Below, one piece after another: positions 1 through 7,747 of a DNA stretch of 64,000 nucleotides; within the stretch, counting starts at the first letter, position 1, and the number at the start of each line of letters is the position of its first letter. Location of the stretch: positions 1,984,001-2,048,000 of the forward strand of contig OZ241889.1 in NCBI GenBank assembly GCA_965203355.1, given 5' to 3'. Below the pieces are notes generated by a model. That model ran no database searches and was not told where the DNA came from. It saw only the letters and a list, made by a program, of their open reading frames with translations. Origin of the DNA: Candidatus Latescibacterota bacterium (GTDB lineage Bacteria > Latescibacterota > UBA2968 > UBA8231). The position numbers were made by a program, and so were the translations under genes.

Positions 1-1
1 C

Positions 2-1678
2 TTGGCGGCGACCGGGATTCCGACCTTTATCGTCGGCACCTTGCTGGCGATTATTTCATCGCCGTATTACGGAGCGACCGCGGAAAACGACTGGGCGGGC
101 AACATCCATCCCTACCTGCCCGATTGGGTCATTCCCCGCGCTGACGGCGATGCCATGCGTTGGTTCTACGAGGGGCTGCCCAAGGGCCAAGCCCTGCCGT
201 TCGAGGTCTGGATCGGGCCGCTGTTTTGGCTGTTGAGTCTGATCCTGACTGTGTACTTCGCCTGCTTTTGCTTGGTCGTGATCTTCCGCCGCCAGTGGGT
301 CGAGCACGAGCGGCTGGTTTTCCCGCTGATGGAAATGCCGAGGTTGCTAATCGACGACGACGGGCGGGCGATTGTGCGCTCCAAAGGGTTTTGGATTGGC
401 GCGGCGATTCCATTGGCGATGATCCTGTTCAACATCATTGGCTCGTTCTACATCGGCTTTCCCAAGATCAACTTCAACCACGCCGTTAATCTGCAACTGA
501 GCCGGGAATTTCCCACCATCAGTCTGATGCTTTACTTCCCGGTGATCGGCTTTATGTACTTGGTCAGCACCAGCGTTTCGTTCAGCATCGTGTTCTTTTA
601 TTTGGTGGCTGTGGTGCAAGAGGGCATTACCAACCGCATCGGTTACGACGTGACGCGGCCCGACGCTTTCGTCTGGGGAATGCAGTCGCTTTCTTGGCAG
701 GCGTGGGGCGGCTTTACGGCGATGGTGTTGTTGAGCTTGTGGATGGCGCGGGGGCATGTACTCGCTGTCGTGCGCCAAGCCTTGGGGGGACGCCGGACGA
801 TAGATGACCGCGAGGAAATGGTTTCCTATCGCACGGCGGTTTGCGGATTCACGGCCGCGTTGGGGTACATGCTCGGCTGGCTGTGGCGGTCTGGGATGGA
901 TCTCCACCTGGCCGCGCTTTTTGTCTTTGGCGTGTTGGTCGCCTACTACGGCATCACGCGCTTGGTGGTGCAGGCCGGGGTCTATTTTTTGACGCCGCCG
1001 GTGGGTGCTCAGGCTTTTGCTCTGGCGATAACCGGCACCGGGATCGGGGGGCACGGTTTAGTGGCGTTGGGGGTTTCCTATACTTGGTTCGGCGATGTGC
1101 AATCGCTTTTCATGCCCGCGGCCGCGCACGGCGCCCGGCTCGGTGAACTGTACCGGGTGCGCCGGTCCATGGCCTTGGCGCTGGGCCTTGCTGCGGTCGT
1201 CGGCTTCACTACTTGCCTCTATTTCGTCCTTTCGCTGTGCTACAAATACGGCGCGGGCAATTTTGGTTCTTGGTATTTTATCGCTGGTGGCGGTGCCGGC
1301 GGCATGGCGTACAACGGAGTGATCCGCCACTTTAACGATCCTTGGCCGACCGACTGGAACAAGCTGTCTTACTTTGGGATCGGCATGGTGGCGTACTCGA
1401 TTTTGGCCTTCCTCCAGTATCGCTTTCACTGGTGGCCGCTACACCCGGTGGGCATTGCGGTAGCCCCGCTGTGGATGACTCGACTCATTGCGTTTTCAGT
1501 CTTGCTGGCGTGGGTGGCTAAGAGCGCGATTATGCGCTATGGCGGGATCGCGGCCTACCGTCAGGCGCGGCCGTTTTTCATGGGGTTGATCGCCGGGTAT
1601 TTCTTGGGCGTTGGCATGTCGTATTTGGTGGATATTTTTTGGTTTATGGGCGAAGGGCATGCGTACTTTCACGGGTGA
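2..1678 (+). CDS. Polytopic membrane protein, DUF6785/DUF6784-like (OPT-related putative transporter); 5'-partial
   Basis: ORF open from the window edge with many hydrophobic helices. Motifs RRQWVEHERLVFPL and FHWWPLHPVG...RYGG...RPFFMGLIAG are typical of this family. Confidence 0.75.
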   Translation: MAATGIPTFIVGTLLAIISSPYYGATAENDWAGNIHPYLPDWVIPRADGDAMRWFYEGLPKGQALPFEVWIGPLFWLLSLILTVYFACFCLVVIFRRQWVEHERLVFPLMEMPRLLIDDDGRAIVRSKGFWIGAAIPLAMILFNIIGSFYIGFPKINFNHAVNLQLSREFPTISLMLYFPVIGFMYLVSTSVSFSIVFFYLVAVVQEGITNRIGYDVTRPDAFVWGMQSLSWQAWGGFTAMVLLSLWMARGHVLAVVRQALGGRRTIDDREEMVSYRTAVCGFTAALGYMLGWLWRSGMDLHLAALFVFGVLVAYYGITRLVVQAGVYFLTPPVGAQAFALAITGTGIGGHGLVALGVSYTWFGDVQSLFMPAAAHGARLGELYRVRRSMALALGLAAVVGFTTCLYFVLSLCYKYGAGNFGSWYFIAGGGAGGMAYNGVIRHFNDPWPTDWNKLSYFGIGMVAYSILAFLQYRFHWWPLHPVGIAVAPLWMTRLIAFSVLLAWVAKSAIMRYGGIAAYRQARPFFMGLIAGYFLGVGMSYLVDIFWFMGEGHAYFHG

Positions 1679-1781
1679 GGGGGTACTTGCGAGTTGCTAA
1701 ATGGTTCCTTACGCTTTCGCTCAGTACGCGAAAAGCGCACGTGGGAAGCAATATCCTGAAATCGACGAAAAGGAGCGGAAC

Positions 1782-2558
1782 ATGAGCAGACTTCAAGTTT
1801 ATTTATCTTTCTTAGTAACGGCTTTTGTTTTTGTAAGCTACGCAGAGTCAGAGGATGCGGCGTCCGCGCCCGCGCAGACCGAGTGGGGATACGGTGCCGA
1901 GAACGGACCAGCCGTTTGGGGGCGGCTCAGCCCAGAGTATGTCCTTTGTGCGGAGGGAACAGCGCAATCGCCGATCGACCTAGTAAATCCTACGTCGGCA
2001 GAGCTTCCTGCCATCGCCTTCAACTACCAGTCCACAGATCTGCACATCCACCACAATGGACACGCAATTGAAGTGGCATCCTCGGGTGTAAACTGGATTG
2101 AAGTGGATAGTACGCGGTATGAACTCCGGCAATTCCATTTCCACGCCCCGAGCGAGCACACCTTAGCAGGCCAATCGTCTGCCATGGAGATGCACCTCGT
2201 CCACCAAAGTGAGGACGGCGCGTTGGCGGTCCTTGGGGTGCTCATTGAGCGCGGTAGTGAACAGGCCGCGTTCAAACCGCTGCTGTCGCATTTGCCAAGT
2301 GCTCCAAGCGAAATGCAACGTGTTGAGCAGGTGAATGCAGGCGATTTGTTACCGGCTGCGAGGTCCTCCTATCGCTACAATGGCTCGTTGACTACGCCGC
2401 CTTGTTCGCAAGGCGTCCAATGGTTGGTGCTGACGACGCCCATTGAATTGTCTGAAGCGCAAATCGCCGCGTTTGTCGCTGTCGTCAATGGCAACAATCG
2501 GCCGGTACAGCCGCTGAATGGGCGCGAACTTTTTACGGATGGTTCTGCCAGTCAGTAG
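1782..2558 (+). CDS. Alpha-class carbonic anhydrase, secreted/periplasmic
   Basis: QSPIDL, Zn-ligand motifs FHFHAPSEH and EMHLVH, GSLTTPPC, NNRPVQPLNGR. ATG 1782 follows AAGGAG and starts a signal peptide (ORF track starts at 1701). Confidence 0.93.
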   Translation: MSRLQVYLSFLVTAFVFVSYAESEDAASAPAQTEWGYGAENGPAVWGRLSPEYVLCAEGTAQSPIDLVNPTSAELPAIAFNYQSTDLHIHHNGHAIEVASSGVNWIEVDSTRYELRQFHFHAPSEHTLAGQSSAMEMHLVHQSEDGALAVLGVLIERGSEQAAFKPLLSHLPSAPSEMQRVEQVNAGDLLPAARSSYRYNGSLTTPPCSQGVQWLVLTTPIELSEAQIAAFVAVVNGNNRPVQPLNGRELFTDGSASQ

Positions 2559-2674
2559 AATTGCCCATTGATCGATGGACGGATAGCGGCCCTGGCAAAA
2601 AGCCCGCCGGTCTTATTGGGCTTTTACCCTATCTTGACAGCCGCTCGTCCCATTCCACAGACAAAGCGAATCTC

Positions 2675-5600
2675 ATGGCCAAACCCAAACTACTCAATGC
2701 GCTTTTCTTGCTGTTTGCCGCTGCCATGATTGCGGTCGTCGGCTTCGGCGATCCGGGCGCGGTCAATCGCGCGGTCAACGATTTCTTCGGCTGGGCACCC
2801 AACCCGCCCGTAGAGGCGCGGATGGTAGAACCCGCGCAAGCGGCCGCGCTGCGCGCCTTGGTCGCCGACATAGACGAAGCGGAGATTGCGGCTGAGATTG
2901 CGCGCTTTGCTGCTTTTGGCTCGCGCGTACCGGGGTATGCCGGGGAACGGCAGGCCCGCGACTACGTGCGCCAGCGGTTTGAGGCGCTGGGGCTGGAGGA
3001 CGTGCAGAGCGAGGCATTTAAGGTGGCCGTGCCCATTGATCGCGGCGGCGAGTTAGTGGTGCAAGGCGGCGACAGCAAGCGGCTCTACAGCCTGTGGCCC
3101 AACAGCGTACGCACGCCCTCGCTGGGGCCGGACGGCGTGCGCGGCCCCCTGATCTACGGCGGCCAAGGTGCGCTCGAAGCATTGGACGGCCAGCGCGTGG
3201 AGGGCAGCGTGGTGCTGTTGGATTTTGCCAGCGGCCAAAACTACCTCCATGCCGCATCGCTGGGCGCCAAGGCCATCGTCTTTTTCGACAACGGCGGCGT
3301 CAACCGCGAGCAGGCCGCGGACAAGTTCCTCAAGGTGCCGGTCGACATCCCGCGATTTTGGCTTGAGCGACAAGATGCGCTCGACTTGCTGGCGCGCTGG
3401 CGAGATGGGCCGGTTGCCGTCCACTTGAATGCTCGGATGGATTGGGAAGGGGTGGAGGCGCACAACGTGTATGGGTACCTGCCCGGATCGCCCGAGATGC
3501 TGCCGGCCAAGAGCCGCGAAAAGCCACAGGCGTGGCGCGATCAAACCATCGTCGTCCAAGCCTATTACGACGCGATCTCGGTGGTGCCGGCCCTCGCGCC
3601 CGGCGCGGAAAACGCGGCCGGGATCGTGGCCTTGCTCCAGCTAGTGGAACTGCTCAAAGCATATCGCCCGCACTACTCGGTGCTTTTTTTGGCGACCTCC
3701 GGGCACTTTGAGGGCCTGTCTGGGATCAACGATTTCCTCTACCGCCACAGCCGCCGCAGCGACTATTTCCGCGAACGCATGAGCGAAGCCGAGCGCATCG
3801 ACTTCGACCTGATGTTATCGCTGGATCTGTCGAGCCACGCCGCCGGTACGGTCAGCTTTGGCATGGGCACTTTTTACAATCCCAAGTGGCGCACCGACAA
3901 CTACATCAAATACATGTTGACGCCCTATTCCAAGCGGCTGAGCCTGGCGGTCGAAGAAACGTTTGGCGACACCACGCGCCACTACGAGGGCCTGGCCCCG
4001 CCCAAGCGCACGTGGAAAAACTTCATGCCCATTCCGCTCGCTTTTGCCAGCGAGGCCGCGGCTTTCGTCGGCCAGAAAGCCCTCGCCCTGGCCACGGCCA
4101 ACGACGCGCGCGAGCGGATCGACACGCCGCTCGATTTGCCAGAAGCCGTGGACGCGCAAAACCTCACTCGGCAGATCCAGACGCTGGGGGCCATGGTGGC
4201 GTGGGCTGGCCGAGACGCCGCGCTGCTCAAGCCGACCAAACTGGAGCTGGAGGACTACGGCCACAGTTTGGCAGGTGCGATCTATTGGTTTGACCGCGAC
4301 GTCAATTTTGCCGTGCCCAAAAAGCCCGTGCCGCAAGCCCTCGTGACCTATCAACAGCTCGGCCCGAACTCGGTCGGCGGGGTGCGCACCTTGATCGCCC
4401 AAGAGGCCGACGACGCGGGTCGCTTTCGCTTTGACATCATGCGCAACCGATTGAGCAACGCCATCCGCGCGTACGAACTCAGTCCCCACGGTGAAATCAT
4501 CTCGGCACCGGACCTGGGCCAAGAGGGCGACGAGACGTACCCGACTGTGCATCCGTGGGGCTGGTGGGAAAACGAGATGCTGCAAGTGCTCTTCAAATGC
4601 CGGGCACTGAGTTTGTTTGAGACGGTTGACTCGCGCTACCTGTCGGTTTTGGATCACGTGACCGTGCTCGACGAGCGCGACGGCGTGCCGCAGTCGTGGG
4701 GAGCCGACTTTGTCGAAAGGCAGAGCCATGAGGAGAGCAAGGTAACGCTCGCGGCGGTGGTGTACGCCCAGCCCGGCACTCAGGTCAAAGCGCTGATGAG
4801 TACGAGCCTCTTCGGCGTGCGCTACCTGCTGAGCGGTGCGCCCGCCGCCTGGGTGGCTGATCCGGTGCGCCCAGCCGACGTGGATGCGGCGACGATGAAG
4901 CAAGCGCTCGGGCGCGGCTATCCCGTGGATCGAGGGGTGGTGCTGCGTCCTGGGTATGCGGCCGCGCGCGACATGTGGGTCCTCGACGACGTGCGGATCA
5001 AGCAGTTGGCGCGCTACGGGGTGCGCAACGACAAGTTCATGCGTCTGCACGAAGAGGCGCGCTTGGCCCTGTTGGAGGCCGAAGAGCACTTGCAGGCGCG
5101 GCGCTACAGCGAGTTCAAGCGGGCCACGCGCAAGGCGTGGGGCCTTGAAGGGCGGGGCTACCCAGACATCAAATCGACGGCGGACGACACGGTCTATGGG
5201 GTCATTTTCTACTTCGCGCTGCTACTGCCGTTTTCGTTTTGCTGCGAGCGGTTGTTTTTCGGCTTTGCCGACATTCGCCGTCAGGTGGCCGGCGCGGCGT
5301 TTTTCTTTTTGGCGATTTTCCTCATCATGCGCGTCATCCATCCGGCCTTTAAGCTGAGTTCGTCGCCGTACATCATCTTTTTGGCCTTTGTCATCTTTGC
5401 GATTGGCGGCACGGCCTTGCTGATGATCTTAGGTCGCTTTACCCGCGCTGTCGGCCAGCGCAAGCGGGCGGCGGCGGGCGTCCACGAAGCGGACATCGGT
5501 CGTCTCAGCGCCACGGCCGCGGCCGCGTCGTTGGGCATTTCCAATCTCCGCAAGCGCAAGCTGCGCACCGCGCTGACGGTCGTCACGCTGACGCTGTTGA

Positions 5601-7282
5601 CCTTTACGGCTCAAGCCTTCACCTCGGTGCAGAGCTATCTCAAGTTCTATCAGATCCCCCGCCCGAATGCGCCCAGCTACGAGGGGGCTCTGCTGCGCGA
5701 CCGGGGCTGGAAGGGCTTGCAGCTATCGGTGCTCGACTACGCGAAAAGCGCGTTTGGCAACCAAGCGCAGGTGCTGCCGAGGTCGTGGATTACTTCCAAG
5801 GTCATTGGCGAGCGGGCCTATATCGACATTGAACGCGAGCCAACGCAGAAGAAGAGTTTTGCCTCGGCGCTGCTCGGGGTGACGCCGGGCGAGGGGGCGC
5901 TGATGGGGCTGGAAGGGCTGTTGGTGGGGCCGGCGAGCCGCTGGTTTGCGGCAGATGAGCGCGACGTGTGTATCCTGCCGGTGGCTATGGCGGCGATCTT
6001 GGGCATTGGCCCGGCCGATGTGGGCACGGCCCAGATTGGGCTGATGGGACGGTCTTATCGAGTCATTGGCTTAATCGACGGCGAAGTCATCGACGGCCTG
6101 CGCGACTTGGACAACGAAAGCCCGATGCCGGTGGATACGGTCGCCGAGGCCAAGAAGATGGAGCAAATGGCCGACTTAGATCCGCGCCTGATGGACACGG
6201 CTGCGATTGAGACCTTTACCCATCTGCTGGCCAACAACGTGGCGTTTTTGCCCTACCAGCAGGTCGTCGATTTGGGCGGTACGCTGCGCTCCATTGCCAT
6301 CGCGGGCTTTGCCGATCGGGAGACCTTGCTCGCCGCGGTGGAGGAGTTTGTGTCGCGGGTGGCGGTGCCGCTTTTTGTCGGGGCCGACGACCGCGTGCGG
6401 GTGTACACGTCTATGGGATCGGCGTCCTTAGCCGGGATTGGCAATCTCTTTGTGCCCTTGTTGATTGCCTCGCTGATCGTGCTCAACACCATGCTCGGAG
6501 CCGTGTACGAGCGCGCTGGCGAGATCGGCGTGTACTCGTCGGTGGGGCTGGCCCCGAGCCACATTGCCGCGCTCTTCATCGCCGAGGCCCTCGTGTTTGC
6601 CATTGTCGGCGCGGTGTTGGGCTATTTGGTCGGGCAGACGACGACGCTGCTGCTGGCGCACTACGCGCTCTTGGGCGGGATGTTTCTCAATTACTCGTCG
6701 TTGTCGGCGATTTTCTCGACCTTGGTGGTGATGGTGGTAGTGGTGCTCTCGACCTTGTATCCAGCGCGCAAGGCCGCCAACATGGCCGTGCCCGACGTGA
6801 CGCGGCGCTGGGAGTTCCCGCCGCCCGATGGCGACGACTGGTGCTTTGATTTTCCCTTTACGCTGGGTAAGGGCGATGCCTTAGGCTCGTGCGCGTACCT
6901 GCATCGAGTTTTCTCGTCGTATGGCGAGGGATCGGTGGGCGACTTTATGACCGAGGGCGTGGATTTTCACTTGGAGCAGGGCGGCGCGCAGCCGGTCTAT
7001 CGGCTGGAACTGATGGTGTGGCTGGCGCCCTACGATTTGGGCGTGAGTCAGCGGGTGTGCTTGCGCACCTTGCCGACCGACGACATGCCGGGCATTTACC
7101 GCATTGAGATGCACTTGCAGCGCGTCAGCGGCGATGTGGTGAGCTGGCAGCGGCTCAATACCAGCTTCCTCAATGTGCTGCGCAAGCGCTTCTTGGTCTG
7201 GCGGACGATTGCGCCCGAGGTGCGGGAGGAATACTTGGCGGCGGGTGAGAAGTTGGCGGCGGGGATGGGGGTGGCGGTTTAG
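2675..7282 (+). CDS. Large membrane protein: N-terminal M28-like peptidase/PA region fused to a C-terminal FtsX/MacB-like ABC permease
   Basis: GSRVPGYAGE, AYYD...APGAENAAG (M28-like fold); SNLRKRKLRTALT and VYERAGEIGVYSSVGLAP (FtsX permease); several TM segments. Start at ATG 2675 preferred over TTG 2561. Confidence 0.75.
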   Translation: MAKPKLLNALFLLFAAAMIAVVGFGDPGAVNRAVNDFFGWAPNPPVEARMVEPAQAAALRALVADIDEAEIAAEIARFAAFGSRVPGYAGERQARDYVRQRFEALGLEDVQSEAFKVAVPIDRGGELVVQGGDSKRLYSLWPNSVRTPSLGPDGVRGPLIYGGQGALEALDGQRVEGSVVLLDFASGQNYLHAASLGAKAIVFFDNGGVNREQAADKFLKVPVDIPRFWLERQDALDLLARWRDGPVAVHLNARMDWEGVEAHNVYGYLPGSPEMLPAKSREKPQAWRDQTIVVQAYYDAISVVPALAPGAENAAGIVALLQLVELLKAYRPHYSVLFLATSGHFEGLSGINDFLYRHSRRSDYFRERMSEAERIDFDLMLSLDLSSHAAGTVSFGMGTFYNPKWRTDNYIKYMLTPYSKRLSLAVEETFGDTTRHYEGLAPPKRTWKNFMPIPLAFASEAAAFVGQKALALATANDARERIDTPLDLPEAVDAQNLTRQIQTLGAMVAWAGRDAALLKPTKLELEDYGHSLAGAIYWFDRDVNFAVPKKPVPQALVTYQQLGPNSVGGVRTLIAQEADDAGRFRFDIMRNRLSNAIRAYELSPHGEIISAPDLGQEGDETYPTVHPWGWWENEMLQVLFKCRALSLFETVDSRYLSVLDHVTVLDERDGVPQSWGADFVERQSHEESKVTLAAVVYAQPGTQVKALMSTSLFGVRYLLSGAPAAWVADPVRPADVDAATMKQALGRGYPVDRGVVLRPGYAAARDMWVLDDVRIKQLARYGVRNDKFMRLHEEARLALLEAEEHLQARRYSEFKRATRKAWGLEGRGYPDIKSTADDTVYGVIFYFALLLPFSFCCERLFFGFADIRRQVAGAAFFFLAIFLIMRVIHPAFKLSSSPYIIFLAFVIFAIGGTALLMILGRFTRAVGQRKRAAAGVHEADIGRLSATAAAASLGISNLRKRKLRTALTVVTLTLLTFTAQAFTSVQSYLKFYQIPRPNAPSYEGALLRDRGWKGLQLSVLDYAKSAFGNQAQVLPRSWITSKVIGERAYIDIEREPTQKKSFASALLGVTPGEGALMGLEGLLVGPASRWFAADERDVCILPVAMAAILGIGPADVGTAQIGLMGRSYRVIGLIDGEVIDGLRDLDNESPMPVDTVAEAKKMEQMADLDPRLMDTAAIETFTHLLANNVAFLPYQQVVDLGGTLRSIAIAGFADRETLLAAVEEFVSRVAVPLFVGADDRVRVYTSMGSASLAGIGNLFVPLLIASLIVLNTMLGAVYERAGEIGVYSSVGLAPSHIAALFIAEALVFAIVGAVLGYLVGQTTTLLLAHYALLGGMFLNYSSLSAIFSTLVVMVVVVLSTLYPARKAANMAVPDVTRRWEFPPPDGDDWCFDFPFTLGKGDALGSCAYLHRVFSSYGEGSVGDFMTEGVDFHLEQGGAQPVYRLELMVWLAPYDLGVSQRVCLRTLPTDDMPGIYRIEMHLQRVSGDVVSWQRLNTSFLNVLRKRFLVWRTIAPEVREEYLAAGEKLAAGMGVAV

Positions 7283-7312
7283 CTGACCGAGCGAGACGCT
7301 ACTTTTCTGTTG

Positions 7313-7747
7313 TCATTCCTCTTTTACAGTGCCCAATTGTACCGCTGGGTTCTCGGTTTTTTCTTTTGCGGCGGCGGTAGCGAGTTTTTGGTCGAAGGTC
7401 GCCAGCTTGGCCTTGCGGCGGATGGCTGTTTCTAAGTAGCTAGCATCGTATATAGTTAGGTCATGGCGTTGTGCAAGCTCCAAAACCGCCGTTTCGTCGT
7501 GTTCGTCGTCCACAGTGAACGAGAAATCTTGGGTAAGTTGAAGCAAGCAATCATTCAGGTCGCTTTGTTTGATTCGCCCCCTTTTCATCGCCATCAGTAG
7601 GACGTTGCGTACCTCATACCAGAAAATAGCTGGCGTCATACAGTCTCCGGCAGGTAAATTTTTCACTATTTCTTTGGCCGATTGATTGTGCTCTTCGTCT
7701 TTCAACAGAGCGGCAATCATCACTGATGCGTCGAGCACGGTAAGCAT
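7313..7747 (-). CDS. vapC: VapC-family PIN domain ribonuclease toxin
   Basis: MLTVLDAS...WYEVRN...TIYDASYL...LATFDQKL has the four acidic PIN residues. ATG at 7747 overlaps the res stop codon (TGATG). Confidence 0.9.
   Translation of the reverse strand: MLTVLDASVMIAALLKDEEHNQSAKEIVKNLPAGDCMTPAIFWYEVRNVLLMAMKRGRIKQSDLNDCLLQLTQDFSFTVDDEHDETAVLELAQRHDLTIYDASYLETAIRRKAKLATFDQKLATAAAKEKTENPAVQLGTVKEE

Noticed and set aside
3815-5089. 424-aa antisense ORF (likewise 17034-18287, 49080-50087, 49462-50523 and many shorter ones)
   Set aside because: They lie wholly within well-supported genes, have no motifs, and are expected shadow ORFs in high-GC coding DNA.
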